NCBI GenBank assembly: GCA_964234715.1
Contig: OZ174282.1
Origin: Podarcis melisellensis
Taxonomy: Eukaryota
DNA: 64,000 bases
Direction: 5' to 3' (one strand)
The notes beneath the pieces are model-generated. The model was given only the letters and a program-made list of their open reading frames with translations. It searched no databases and was not told where the DNA came from. This document shows positions 1 through 12,744 of this stretch, one piece after another. Every line of letters begins with the position of its first letter. Position 1 is the stretch's first letter. The position numbers were made by a program, and so were the translations under genes.

Positions 1-101
1 AGCTCTTGTGGTTTTGCAGCAGCAAGCTCCTCCTCACACCAGGAGAAGGTGCACAATTTGCGGAAAGACTTCATGCAGTTGCAGAAAGCAGCAAGGGAAC
101 G
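1..101 (+). CDS. MACF1: MACF1 coding exon, 5'-truncated (SSCGFAAASSSSHQEKVHNLRKDFMQLQKAARE-R)
   Basis: Frame 1 resembles MACF1 SSCGF...HQDRVQNLRKDF; donor CG|gtaagg at 101/102, phase 2, completed by the A at 1371. Confidence 0.9.
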
Positions 102-1370
102 GTAAGGGGTGCTCTTTGCTGCTCTGTGATACAATGGTGGTGATGAGCAGATGCTCTGCAGCTCAGGGGTAGAGCATCTGCTCTGCATGCAGAAGGACCG
201 AGGGTTGTGCCACATGCACAAGAGACAGTGCAAGTGGCCCTGCATCTTGTCCTTTGCGGAGGTGGAGGGCATGTTTGGAAGGGAGCCAAGATCCAGCTTC
301 GTAATATAGCTCCTTTTACAACTTAATTTCTTTCCTGCCAGTGTGGTTTCCAAACAATGTGTCTGGTGCTTAGTCGTGAATTTTTGCTCAATAGAAATTC
401 ACAGCAGTTAGAGAAGGAATGTCAAAACCAATATGAGTCTAAAGCTTGGTTCTCCTTCGTTGTTGTTGTTTTTAATGAGGGCTACTTTGACTTTTTTGCA
501 GAGGTCATGTTTTGGAGGGAGTTGTCTGGTTTTTTTGGGGGGGGGCGAGTTGTCTGTTCTTTGGAGCAGAGGATGTCTGAGCATCATCAGTTTTTCTTCT
601 ATAGAATGAGTGTTTCCTCGTGCCTGTGATAGCTTCTTAGACTTCCAGATGTGTCCTTGGGACCACAAAGATGGAGAACCCCCCTGTCTAAAGCCACAGC
701 CTGACAAAGACATGTCAAGGCAATACTTTTCCTGGGAACACCAAGTTTATTTTCTTTCTCTGCTGGTGGTAGTGAGTTAAAACCTACTTACCTCACACCA
801 GAGACAGAGGCAGAGAGAAGGTTGAAGAACAAAGCTGTCATAAACTGACATTTTGATAACTTGAAGGTTTCGGGAAGGGTGTAGGCCATCTCTGCCTCAG
901 TGTTTTCTCAGCATGACTGGGAGGTGGTGGTTGGCTTTGCAGAATTTACTTAACAGGAGAAATTGGTCTAAATGTCTGCTCACTTTTCTGTGGTGGGTGG
1001 ATAACCTTGTTAGGGCCTGATCAGCCAGGAACGAAGAACAGAGCGTGAAGAGGCTGATATTTCCTTTCAGTCCTTAATCCATTGGACTGAGCAACAATGT
1101 CCCAAATAGGTGGTCCAGTGTTGCAGAAGGAGCAGTAACAATACTTGGCATATATGCAGGTGTTAAGTGCACTTTTCTCATAATTCCTTACACAGCAGCC
1201 CTGCAAGGCAGGCCATGTTAACACATTTTGGGAGCAGGAGCTGAGGTTGAGCCTGCTGTGGTTGCAGACTTCTCGGCAACTTAGAATTCATCTGATAGAA
1301 TGCATGCTAGGAAAAGGGCTAGCAGAGCTGACCCACTTTTTTACCTACCTCCTTTCTCTCCACTTCCCAG

Positions 1371-1527
1371 AGAGAAGGGCGCATCCTCCTGCCAAGAACA
1401 GTTGGACGAATTCCGAAAACTGGTTGAATCCACCAAGCAGTGGCTGAAAGAAACAGAGGCGACTATCCCAGCCACAGAGGCTTCTTTGGGCACCCACGAG
1501 TTGGAGAAGCGGATGCAGCAAATTGAG
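1371..1527 (+). CDS. MACF1: MACF1 coding exon (EKGASSCQEQLDEFRKL...MQQIE)
   Basis: Pyrimidine tract plus cccag acceptor; GAG|gtgggc donor; inside ORF 1300..1584. Confidence 0.93.
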
Positions 1528-1891
1528 GTGGGCAGAGAAAGAAGGAGAGAGTCCCAGAGCCTTCTAGGGAAGATGTGCTCTTGAGGGAGGGAGATCACAA
1601 CAGCATAAACAGAAGAGCTTCACTGCATCTGGGTTGATGGTCTGAATAGAGGCTAGTTTCCTCTGAAACTGCAACAAATACAGGAAGCTCTTGGGGGGGG
1701 CCCTCTCTTGTAGGCTTTCTCTAGTCTTCCCGGGTTCCTATAGCTAGAGCTGTGGTGTACTCTGTGAACGAACAAATCACAATTCTGCACCTCCCCCCAA
1801 ATTAATCTTGAGATCTGGGTTGTGGCATTGTTAAAATTATATTCGTCTTTTGTTCTATCAGGTAGCCTCTGAATGCAGAGCGGTGTGGTGA

Positions 1892-2010
1892 GAGCCAGTG
1901 TGGTGTAGTGGTTAAGAGCGGTAGTCTCATAATCTGGGGAACCGGGTTCGCGTCTCCGCTCCTCCACATGCAGCTGCTGGGTGACCTTGGGCTAGTCACA
2001 CTTCTCTGAA
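1892..2010 (+). mobile_element. tRNA-derived SINE 5' half (Squam3-like), 3'-truncated
   Basis: GAGCCAGTGTGGTGTAGTGGTTAAGAGC A-box head, GGTTCGCGTC B-box-like, GGGTGACCTTGGGCTAGTCAC core. Confidence 0.75.
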
Positions 2011-2801
2011 ATATATTCTGAATATATTCTGCTTCTGAGGTTGACCTGAGGCAAAGAGATATGCAGAGCACCAGGCTCCAGTTCCTGAGTACTAGAAATT
2101 CTTCTTGCCCTTTCCCAACCTGACAGCTGGGACTGAGGGGAGTCAGTATCCAAAACATCTGGAGACCACCAGGTTGGCAAAAGCTGCTCTGCCCCTCCCC
2201 GCTTTTCTGTTGAGACTTGGCAGGATTATGGCCATCTATTCAGGCCTGTCTTCACATCATTATGGGTTCTGAAAGAAAACATGGAAGCTGAAGTTCTCCA
2301 GATGTTGGATTTTTGCATCCAATAGTACTTTGTGCAGTGGAACTGGTGGAGGATACCTTTCCCTGGGGCCCAGCATGGTGTTTCAGGAATTGCCTCCTTC
2401 CATAGAAAACTACCCCTTCTTTATGTTTCCTGCTCCCCCTTCACCCATTAGTAGGTAGGGATAAGAGAAAGGTCTTTCTTGGGTTGCGGCATCCAAATTA
2501 CAGCATATCTGGTCCCTTGATTGCCCAGCCTTAGGCAGGCATTGAAAAACACTTGTTTTGCTGGGCATTTTACATTATTTAAATCTGTTCTGATAGTTTC
2601 CCATGTTGTTGTTCTTACAAATTTATTGTTCTTGTTGTTCTTACAAATTTGTTGTTCTTACAAATTTATAAGCTGCTGTAAGTATTCACTTGATATTAAG
2701 AGGATAGATCAGATATAAATGTGCACCAGTGCCAGCCAAGTCTTGGGATGCCCTACTTGCCTTTGGCCACCTTCTGATGCCTGACTGTGATCTCTTAACA
2801 G

Positions 2802-2919
2802 GTGATCTTGGAAGAATGGACAGGGAAAGGAGTTCTTGTGGATGAGATCAATCGCAGGGGGACGGCCTTGGAGAGTCTGATAGTTGAGATTACAGCTCCT
2901 GATGCCCAGTCCAAATCAG
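2802..2919 (+). CDS. MACF1: MACF1 coding exon (VILEEWTGKGVLVDEINRRGTALESLIVEITAPDAQSKS-G)
   Basis: ttaacag acceptor, G|gtgggt donor, 118 nt, phase 0 to 1; read manually, not in the + ORF track. Confidence 0.92.
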
Positions 2920-3294
2920 GTGGGTGAGAGAGACAGACAGGGGCACATGTCTTCAAAGCTGTTTGGAGACCACAGAGACAGCACAGTCCTTCCTCCACTT
3001 TGGGAGCCTTCCTGACTTCAGTTGCTGATTTGTCCAAACCATAGAAACTTGAGGTGTGTGGCAGGGGGTGGATTGGGGAATAAGCCATAAGGCTTGCCTG
3101 ATTCAGCATTTCTGCACTCTGCATAAGATCTTGGAAGATCTCGCCCATTTCTGGCATTCTTGTTTTGTGTTCACATTGATGCTCAGAGGCGATGTGGTGG
3201 AGCACTTCAGTCCCCAGGCTACCTTTGTCAAAGAATCTCAAGAAGACCCATTTCTGCCTGAAACTTCAGCTGTAGTTCTCTATTCCAAGTAGAG

Positions 3295-3423
3295 CAGCCT
3301 TCACCAACCCGTTGCCTTCCTGATGTCTTGAACTACAACTCCCATCAGCCCCCACCATACTAGCTGGGGCAGATAGGAATTTTAGTCCAAAACATCTGGA
3401 GGGCACCAAGTAAGTGGAGGTTG
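3295..3423. mobile_element. Palindromic ~130-bp hAT-type MITE, representative copy; others at about 2106, 8220, 24338, 31367, 33757, 45099, 46250, 46972, 55389, 57508, 61595, 62035
   Basis: Shared CAGCC..CCAACCTGGTGCCCTCCAGATGTTTTGGACTACAACTCCCATCA arm and its inverted partner TGATGGGAGTTGTAGTCCAAAACATCTGGAGGGCACCAGGTTGG..GGCTG. Confidence 0.8.
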
Positions 3424-4200
3424 CTCTATTTATTTGATTTATACTCATTTTGGGATTTTTATACTGCTCTTCATTCATGATTCCAGGGATTTTTGCAGCA
3501 CATAAAGCAGCAAAATACAGCAAGTTGCTATAAAAAGTCAAAAAAAATCAGTAAAAGAATAAGCAGAGCAGCAGAAAACCAGAATTTCAAGTAGTAAAAC
3601 GTTTTAAAGGCCTAGCAGACTAAAAAGAAAAAAGATAAAGACTTGCATGACCCCATAGTATAAATGACAGGGCTGAGCAGTTGTCCCCCAGCGCCATCTT
3701 CTGGAAATCACCAGAAGTAGAGTGAAGCCACTGGATGGCCATACCCACAACTCCTAACCTACAGAGGCAACCTAGAACATACTGGAAGTCACTGAGTGGT
3801 CCTGGATATTCAGTAAGGTAGCACTTTTCCATCACTCTCTTGACATAAATCATTTATCCGAGTGACCAATCTGGTTTCTATGCCAAGACCCAAATTGAAC
3901 TGGGTGCTTGTCCACCCTTGAGTTTACAGTGTTTTTACAGCTGTTTGCATCTCCATTTAATACGTGTAGCCGTTGGACAAGACTAAATTCAATGCTTCTT
4001 CCCTTGCAGGAAATTAGGTTCCAAACCACTCCACTTGAGGTCGCTGGCCATTTGTTTTGGTATTTTTGGGTGGTTAGATCAGTTGTCACTTTCTGCTACT
4101 CCCGTTTCCATGCCCACAACTTCCTCAGTGTTTTTGTTGCTTTTCCAGCTGTTTTTGCAACTTTCCCCAGAAAACTCCAGAAGGGAACTTTTTTTCTTTT

Positions 4201-4410
4201 GATCATAGAATCTTAGAGTTGGAAGGGACCCAGGGGTCATCTAGTCCACCCCCGTAATACAGGAATCTTTGCTAAAGCATCCATGACAGATCCAACCTCT
4301 GCTTAAAAACCTCCAAGGAAGGAGATTCCACCAGCTCTCGTGGCACTCTGTTCCACTGCCAAACAGCTCTTACTGTCAGAAAGTTTATCCGAATGCTTAG
4401 TCAGATTTGC
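4201..4410 (-). mobile_element. CR1 LINE 3' end fragment
   Basis: ATCATAGAATCTTAGAGTTGGAAGGGACC...GGTCATCTAGTCCA is the reverse complement of a typical CR1 3' terminus. Confidence 0.75.
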
Positions 4411-5212
4411 ACAAAACCAGAAAACTGCACAAGCAAACCACATTAAAAATGGCTGCAACAGATATATTGTGCAGCAACCTAAAAAGTGTGTGCTGAGAAT
4501 TATCAATAGCTTTCATTTCTTTTCCACCCTGCTGGTAAGGGCATGTCAAGAGCTTAACCCTATATATACCCCTTCTCTCCTTCTCTCCCTATTTTCCTTT
4601 TGATCCCCTCAATTGCACAAAGCCAGAAAAGTGTGAGAGAGAATTTACAGTTGCCTGACTGTGCTTTTGCACATTTCTTGGGCGGGCTGGTTTTTTTTAA
4701 AGAACAAGGTGTCCATGCAGCTTTCAGCAACATGCCCTGTTGGTACTTAATTAGCATAATAGAATCAACAAATTAGAAGGCAGGGATGGCCACGAAAGGA
4801 AATGCCTTTTGGGGATGAATAGGGATGACTGAAGTTGTTCCTCAAGTACAAATTCAAATGTGTGCAGGTGTGGATCACTCTGCTCTGATTTGAATGAGGT
4901 GGGGGAGTGGATTAACAGCTAGATAATACTCAAATGTGGCAGTTGTGTGGTCACCATCTGCTCAAGCACCTTGCTCAGGAAGAGGATGTTCCCTAGTGTC
5001 TAACAGGTGTTATCCATCCTTGAGGCCTAAGGTGACTTTGGTTTTCAAGAGACCTTCTCTCCTAAAAGCCATCGATTGCCACCTGGATGCAGGCAGTTCA
5101 TTTTCTTCTTCTCCTAGATGTAATTATCCATGAAGGGCAAGGGATGAGCAAGCATGACGTAGGCCACACCTCTACACGCCCCTTGTCTGAATCTTCAGGT
5201 TGCAGCAGCTGA

Positions 5213-5440
5213 CTGCTGCTCAGTGGTAGAGCACATGCTTTGTGTGAACCACTCTGAGATCAATGGGAGAAGGGCAGTATATAAATTAAAATAACTAAAA
5301 AATGCTTAGTGTGCAGAAGGTCCCATTTTTAATCTCTGGTGTCTCCAGGGAGGGTTGATGAAACGCTCCTGCCTGAAACCACGGAAAGCCAGCTGATGGA
5401 CCAATGGTCCGACTTTCTATAAGGTAGCTTCTTCTGTTCC
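5213..5440 (+). mobile_element. tRNA-derived SINE (Squam2-like) interrupted by a short LINE-tail insertion at 5247-5301
   Basis: GCTCAGTGGTAGAGCA head, GCAGAAGGTCCC, CCTGCCTGAAACC, GATGGACCAATGGTC. Related copies at ~152-205 (+), 7765-7910 (+), 33318-33400 (+), 53150-53340 (-). Confidence 0.7.
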
Positions 5441-6736
5441 AGTGAACCCACAAGACCCGAGCAGACAGAGTCCTGGACATGCCCTTTGTCTGAATTGCTT
5501 GTGGCAACTAGGAATGTGATCTCAGTTCAGCCTTTGCTCTGAAAGCAAATTCCTTAGCTCAGAATATGCTTCTCTTTCGGTCTCACTGTGTGTCTTTTGC
5601 ACCTGGGTCTGCTAGTAGATCTTGGGGGTTTATTAGACCTCTGCCCTCCTGTTCTCTGAACCATATATAGCCCCCCCTGGTATTTGGTTCCCAGGACTCA
5701 ATAAAATGCGGGGGAAGAAGTATTGAGAAAGCTGTGTGGTCTTGTGCTGTGCTAATTTTGTTTATGCTGAGGCTTTTTTCTCCCAGTCACATCCATCATT
5801 CTAAAATGAATTGTGGCTCAATTTGTGCATGAATTGGGCAACATAATAGGCGCCCAAATACTGCTTTTGTGTTGTTGGCCCCGCACTTTACAGTGTTAAT
5901 ATATGCAAAGGTCAGTCACGTCGGTTTCCCAGGTGACAGGATTACTTCCTGCTGCAGCACCAAGCCACATGACTTCATGGAGATTGTTCTTTGGTGTCTT
6001 CCTTGTTGTTACCCAGGCAACGACAAGGAACTGAGCTTCAGGCAAACACCCAAAGCTGAGGTTGTGACATGTCATCACTACCGGCTACTGAGACAACAAT
6101 GAATCACCTTTGGGGGTGGGATTTTATTTACACACAGCCTTTATCATAGAGAGGTTCCGTGAAATGGCCCACATTTGGGTATATGTGGCGATATTTTTGT
6201 ACTGGTGCACAACTTTAATTAAAAACGAACAACAAACCGGGAAGTGCACTAGAGCAAATGTTTTCAGCCAGTTTTCATATTTTGCAATGGGCATAATGGA
6301 GGCTTGTGCTTTTTTGTCTTGTGGGGAGAAATATTCATCTCCATCTGTTTTTTTGTTTGTTTGTTTGTTTTGTTTTAAATAAAAAAGTCTTATGCAAGAG
6401 TTCTACATTGTTATTATGGATTCTTTAGGCTGATATGTGTACTACAATCACAGTCTCTTGCTTGCAGAGCTTTTGAGAGAATATCTCCTCTGAACCAGGC
6501 ATTTGGCCATCAGTGGAAATGAGGGCCTTTTGTTTGGCATTGGGGGCTGCCGGAAACGAGCTGGTAGAGGTGCACTTGGGTGAGGATCCAGCAGAAGTCA
6601 GGTTGTCGCAATAGACAATCTCCATGGAAACGTCCCCCCCCCCAGATGAAACACCCACAGCAAAAAATGTGCTAACGAGCTTCCACACCAGCAATCACTG
6701 CAGAAGTATAATGAGTTATTTCTAACCATATTACAA

Positions 6737-7096
6737 CAATGGTTCCCACACCTTTTTGGGCCACTGCCCCCTTGACTCCATAAACTCATCCCCAGTGCCC
6801 TGTACCCTACCTTATAAAAAGCATTATTCAGAATAGCAGTTTGCACAACCCACTAATAGCACAATAAAATTCTAAACAGGAACAATTAATTGCACATTTA
6901 ATCAAAATCCAATTAAATCTATTTAGTTTAATTAATTCAACAAAACTGATGAACTTGATCCAGTAATGCCAGCTTTTCAATGTTTGGTAGTCATTTGCAC
7001 CTCCAGCGTCCCCCTCACCCCCCACCCATTTGCCTCTTGGCACCCCACTAAGCAATCCTGCTCCCAGGGCAGTATCGTCTACTTTGGGACCCAGTG
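6737..7096. mobile_element. Degenerate hAT/Charlie-like non-autonomous DNA transposon
   Basis: Ends CAATGGTTCCCACAC... and ...TTTGGGACCCAGTG resemble CAGTGGTTCCCAAA TIRs; TSD not clearly retained. Confidence 0.5.
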
Positions 7097-7334
7097 TTTT
7101 CAAAAGTTTGGGCTACCACTTTGATGCTGCTGAAGCTGTCCTGTGGATGCTGTAAAAACAGCAACATCCCCTCTCAGATGTTGGTCTCTGTTTGCACATA
7201 GCCCCTTCGTGGCCTCCTAGAAAGGGCTGTATTATGGCTTCAAAGGGCACAGCTTACATGTGTTTTCAGACGCCCGTATTTCTAACATGTTTTGTCTCTG
7301 TCGTTTTGTCTTGTCTCCCTGTTGTTTTGCTCAG

Positions 7335-7397
7335 GTTCTGTGCTGCCCGCTGGGGGAAGTTCTGTAGGCAGCGTTAATGGATATCACACCTGCAAAG
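7335..7397 (+). CDS. MACF1: MACF1 63-nt symmetric (phase 1-1) exon, GSVLPAGGSSVGSVNGYHTCK; probable cassette exon
   Basis: Long U-rich tract plus tcag acceptor; AAAG|gtgaga donor; matches recalled human GSILPSVGSSVGSVNGYHTCK. Confidence 0.9.
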
Positions 7398-8654
7398 GTG
7401 AGAGAGCCCAGACTGTTGTGCGTGCTTGTGTGAGTTGTGTCCTGTGACTGGTGTTGTCCTGTTGTTCTCTCAAAGTAACAGGGAAGTTGGTAAGGCCGAG
7501 GCACATGTTGCTGGTTGCCCTGAAGAAGAGCCTGGCTGCTGGATCAGGCCATAGGGGCCCATCAAGTCCAGCCCTCTGTTCTCACAGTGGCCAACCAGAT
7601 GCCCCAATGGGAATCCCACAAGCAGGACTTGAGTATAGCAGCAGCTCTCTCCTACTGTCTTGTGATTCCCAGCAGCTGGTATTCCAATGCATCCTCTATC
7701 CCTTATGGATGAAGATTGTGTTTGGGTGCCCACTGTTGTCCCCTGTATTCAAGGCAAAATATCACTGGCAGAGCACCTGCCCAGGTTCAATCCCCAGCAT
7801 CTCCAGGTGGGAAAGTCCTCTGTCGGAAACCCTGGAGAGCTGCTGCCAGTCAGTGCAAGCAACACTGAGTGAGCTGGACCAATGGTCTGACTTGGTATAA
7901 AGCAGCTGGAGAAAAGAAGGTGCTGCTCTAACCCCAGAGCATGTGTCCCCTCTGTTCGAACTGTGGGGAGGGGAGAGGGCATGCTGCAGAGTAAAAACTT
8001 TGCAAAGGTCCTTTCCCTCCCCCTCCCAAGCCTCACCTGGTGTCCAAGGAGGATACCTTCTCACAACAGTCTGACTGCTTTACCTCAAATCAATTTGTGA
8101 GGCCTGCCTGCTGCTCCTCCGGCCTAGATGGTGGGAGTCAGAGCAAATACTGAGAACTTGCAGAAGAAGAGCAAAAGGTTTTTCTGTGTGAAGTGAATAT
8201 TTTGGGAGAGGGTTTAGAACAGCCTCGCCACAACCTGTTACTGGACTACATGCAACTGGGGCTCATGGGAGTTGTTGGCTAAAACACATGGAGGGCACCA
8301 GGGTAGGGAAGACTGGCTTATTTCAAGTGCCTTTTGGAACTCATGTCTGGTCTGTTCTCAAATGCATGGCGAATAACTTGGCATTTCCTGTTTCTGTGAC
8401 TTCATTGGCTCTGCCTTCCATCAGAATGTATGGAAAGCACACCTTTGTATGTATAGCTGGTGTGCCTGTGAACCACACAGGTACAACCACACAGGTACCC
8501 CTGGAATCACCTCAGCTGATCTGCTTTGGTGTCCTGTCTTTGTCCATATGAACACATCTCTAACTTTTTATCTTTATATTACCATCAATATGGAAATGAA
8601 ATAATTTCTCCAGCTCAGATTCAGTCCTCCCCCTCTTTTTTTTGTTTTGTTTAG

Positions 8655-8896
8655 ATTTGACAGAGATCCAGTGTGATGTGTCAGATGTCAACCAGCAGTA
8701 TGAGGGGCTTGGTGCCACCTTACGGGGGCACCAGGAGCAGCTGTCCTCCATGTTGGCCAAGATGAGAGATGTCCAGGAGGAGGTGGGCTCCGTGCTGAAG
8801 TGGCTGGAGTCAAAGGAGCGGGCCTTGACAGCGCTGGAAGCTTCCTCCTCCCCTACCAAGTCAGAGACGATGAGGGCTCAGGCGGACCATAACAAG
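8655..8896 (+). CDS. MACF1: MACF1 coding exon (DLTEIQCDVSDVNQQY...AQADHNK)
   Basis: tttgtttag acceptor; AAG|gttcct donor (weak); 242 nt; inside ORF 8642..8986. Confidence 0.93.
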
Positions 8897-9252
8897 GTTC
8901 CTATTGTTATTCATACATACCTTGATATGTACCTCCTCATCTTGTTTGCAGCAGTTCGTGATAATTTAAGGGGAGAACGTCCATAAATGAAATAACTTTC
9001 AGGGGGAGGAATATCGCAAAGATACGCAATTTGGAAGTGGTCATTTTTATAGATCTGGCACAGGAGGTACTCTTTTATAAGGCTGATCTAACTGTTGGTG
9101 CTGGTGCACGGCCAGCCACTGAGCTTAATGACAAGAATCTAGTTGCACCGTGACAACCACAGGTGGTTTAAGGCCTTTATGTGCAATCCAAAAAACTAAG
9201 CAGGGCCCCAGACGTAGCATTAAAAAGATGAGTACAGAAGGGAAAGTGTTTT

Positions 9253-9880
9253 TATTTTATTATTTATTTAAGTTGGTAGGCTGCCCTCCATCCACAGATC
9301 TCAGGGCAGTTCACAACATAAAAATGCAAGACCCCCAAAAATACAAAATGCATAATAAAAGCAAGAGCAAACTAAGTATCCACCACCCACAAGACATTAA
9401 AAAGGGTATTGGGTGTAATCAGCCAAAGGCCTGGTTGAGGAGGATTGTTTTCTCCTGGCACCTAAAGGTGTATAATGAAGGCGCCTGGTGAGCCTCCCTG
9501 GGGAGAGCATTCCACAAGCGGAAAGCCACCACAGAAAAGGCCTGGTCTCATGTTCCCACCCTCAGTTCCTATCATGGAGGAGGCACATGAAGTAGGGCCT
9601 CAGATGGTGATCTCAGGGCCCAGTTAAGTTCATATGAAGAGAGGCAGTCCTGAAGGTATTGCGGTCCTGAGTCGTTTAAGGTTATAGGTTAAAAGCAGCA
9701 CTTTTAATTGGGCCCCAAAACTAACTGGCAGCTAGTACAGTCAGGCCAGTATCTTTGTAATATATTTAAATCATCCTGCCCCAGTCAGTAACCTGGGTGC
9801 TGAATTCTGCACCAGCTGAAGTTGCCGAACTGTCTTCAGAAGCAGCCATACTTATAACGTGTTGCAGTAATCTGAGGACA
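9253..9880 (-). mobile_element. L2-type LINE 3' fragment
   Basis: (TTTA)n tail, GCCCTCCATCC...CTCAGGGCAGTTCACAAC terminus, GGGGAGAGCATTCCACA...GCCACCACAGAAAAGGCC and TTGCAGTAATC motifs seen in squamate L2 on the reverse strand. Confidence 0.7.
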
Positions 9881-10630
9881 AGAAGGTAAATTCCTGACAC
9901 CGGACATGGAGGAAGTAACTGAGCAAAGTTCATCTGATCTGTCAAAGAGGAAGGCCTGGCCAAAACTGCACAGTGTGGCCCTAAGCAGACAAAAGGTTCA
10001 ATGCTAACAAACACTTCTGAAGAGCCACCTGAAACTGATGAATGTATTTTAAAGATAACATGTCCCTTAAATGCTGACTGGATGGTGGCCTTGCAGCCCT
10101 GAGAGTCCAATTTTGAAAATCTGCTACTGCAACTGACTTAACAAAACTGGAGAATGAAGCACTGTCTCTCAGGATTGGCAATCAGTCTGAGTTGGTCTGA
10201 CTGGTGATACTTTACAAAGCTGCATTTATAAACACATTTCTATGTGTCGTGAAAAATTATTGTGCATTTTTCAAACTGACTTGCTCTTAGAGTTCATTAA
10301 TATGTGGCTTTGCATTATGGCCTGTAATATATTTCTGGTTATCAGTGGAAGTGTTGTTGGGTGTGTTGTCCTTTTCAGAAAAGTGTGCTTATTTTATAGT
10401 ATTTTCTAGATTCTGCCCTTCATGAACAGGCCCAGCTTGAAATGCATGTGGCACTTAAATCCCTTGGAAATGGCAGCTGTTTTTCTTCCCACACACCCAT
10501 CCACCCCACACCTTGAGATTTCTGCTGCTTCATCAAATCCACAAACAAACCATATTCTGTTTCTAAGAATAATAATAATATTGCAATTGTCTCTTGTGGC
10601 TCTTTCCCCTCCCTGCCCATGACCCTGTAG

Positions 10631-10760
10631 GCATTTCTGGCTGAGCTGGAGCAGAACGCTGTGAAAGTCCAGAAAGCAAAAGAGTCTCTTTCTGGACTCC
10701 TGGAGAAATATCCCGAATCGCCAGAAGCAGGAAATTGGAAGCGGATGCTGGAGGACTTAA
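10631..10760 (+). CDS. MACF1: MACF1 coding exon (AFLAELEQNAVKVQKAKESLSGLLEKYPESPEAGNWKRMLEDL-N)
   Basis: ctgtag acceptor; A|gtatgt donor; 130 nt, phase 0 to 1. Confidence 0.93.
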
Positions 10761-12221
10761 GTATGTGACCCAGAGACCTCTGAGAAACTCATCTGGGGCT
10801 GAGCAAGACTGGGCCAGTTCTAGAAAGGGGAAGCAGAGCTCTATCTAGCTGAAATATAGACTGTGTGGTGGGTGGTGCCGTGGCAGTCGGGAAAGGACTG
10901 TAGACTAAGGGGAAAGTGTGGAAAGCAAGACAAGGAAGCCAAAGGTCCAGGAAGTTCTCTTAACTCTAGTGCTGTGGAAGTGAATAAGAGCTGGCTGCCT
11001 CAGATGGCAGATGCTGAAGGGCAGGGAATGGCAGCGAGATGGCGGACAGCAGCCTCTTCTGTGCCCCCTAAAGAAGCCTGCTACGCTCAGGGCAATGTTG
11101 TCCTATCACCAGTATCAAAATAAGATTTAGCTATCAGCCCAGTCAGCATCTGGGTATGAAATGAGGGGTGCCATCTTGTCCTTGCCTGTAGAAGCAAAAT
11201 GGCTTGTGCTGGCTGGGGAGGGGGAGTCATTTAGAAATTGTGTTACTGACAATCTTGGGGTATCATCAGATAAACCTCTTTGGTGGCAAGCAGGCCAGCA
11301 CATCCTGCTTCTGAACAAACCAGGCTATCACAAGTGGAGAAAGCATGTGCAGCAGGCAGAGAAGAGCGTTCAGCAATTGGGGGGTGGAGAGGCTGAGAGA
11401 GGAGGTGTGTCTTAGGCAGTTATCCTTGGTGTGAGAAAAGGGGCCATCCTAAGTTCATGTGTGTGGGTTTGCATTCATTTCCCACAGGGTTGGCCCAGTG
11501 GATTATTCCACAGGAATGTGCAGCTCTTTCCATTTAGGAGCTCTAGCCCCTCCCAAGCTGAGTGCATGGTCTCTCTCCACCCCACTCCCTGTTCTGCATG
11601 CAACAGAGGATCCACACTGGCCAGAGAGATGGAGTTGCACAAGGCCCTCCTGAGTAGTGTGTAGCAGTTGCAGACTCTGAAGCCTGCAGTTGTGGGCATG
11701 CCTTATAGTCAAGAGTTCCCTTACCCTCATATTTGGTTGTGTTTCCTTTAGCACAAAGCATGATCTAGTTTTTGAATGAGTGTCAGAGCTGATTGTGCCT
11801 GTCAGCTTGCCCATGCTACTGCAGTCTTACTGTTGTTATTTTGGAGGAATGCTGTGTGATTTCCCACCACCACCCCCAGAAAGATGAAACCTGACATTTT
11901 AAATGTTTGCTTAAACTGTAATTCATATTTGCAAAAGAATATTGAAACTGCTTTGCCAAAATTTTCCCCTGAAAACTTTTTTTTTAAGAGCAGTTTTAAG
12001 AGCAGTTCCACCTCTGTTTGTTGAGAGGAGACACTCCCTGTTTGCATAGGAACTGGGCCAATGAAAAGCATTGTATGGAATCTTTCCAAAAGTTTATGGA
12101 GGAGGCTCTGCCATTCAGCTGAGATCAGGTGACCACCTCATTTTGTGGGTAGCGTGGGGGTAGGACACAGTGTGCACCTGTGTTAAATTTTGGGTTCAGT
12201 TTGCAGTATCTTCAGTTAAAT

Positions 12222-12418
12222 CAGGAGGGACAGACTTAACCTTCCAGGGGGCCACATTCTAGCCATACAGGCAAGGCCGCCCCACACTATCACCACACCC
12301 ATATCCAAACACACATGCCTGCATGTGTTGACCATGTCCCAACCACCTAGGTCCATGTCACCTGGGGAGGGGAGACCTGGCCTCATTTGGCCCATGGGCC
12401 TGAGTTTTCCCACTCCTG
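12222..12418. mobile_element. Degenerate hAT-like MITE (CAGG...CCTG ends)
   Basis: CAGGAG... and ...GGCCCATGGGCCTGAGTTTTCCCACTCCTG ends; flanking 8-mers agttaaat/ctgtaaat share TAAAT. Confidence 0.45.
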
Positions 12419-12544
12419 CTGTAAATACCTGATCAGGTAAGTCCTAAAAATTCCCTTAGAGGTCTGCATTCACCCGTAGCCAATGAGTCCTATGGAAGCC
12501 TTTGTGGAGGGAATGTACCCAGTCATGGTGTTTCTGGCATTCAG

Positions 12545-12744
12545 ATTCCAGGTGGGCACATGCCAACCAGGTGACAGCAGAGCGCCAGCAGAAGTTGGAG
12601 AAATCAGCCAGCGAGCTGGCCAGCTTCCAGGTGGCTGAGGGCCAGCTGCGTCCCTGGCTGATGGAGAAGGAGCTCATGATGAGCGTGTTGGGCCCACTCT
12701 CCATCGATCCCAACATGCTGAATGCACAGAAGCAGCAAGTTCAG
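12545..12744 (+). CDS. MACF1: MACF1 coding exon ([18 protein letters not shown]...AQKQQVQ)
   Basis: ttcag acceptor; CAG|gtgaga donor; 200 nt. Confidence 0.95.

Noticed and set aside
152-205. tRNA-like sequences here and at 1892, 5213, 7765, 62361
   Set aside because: SINE heads: no complete cloverleaf, and the longer copies continue into SINE body sequence.
2606-2667. Short tandem duplications (TTGTTCTTACAAATTT x3; also TCTGAGGAGAGAGAGCTA x2 near 43895) as CRISPR-like or functional arrays
   Set aside because: Simple slippage duplications without spacer structure, in a eukaryotic intron.
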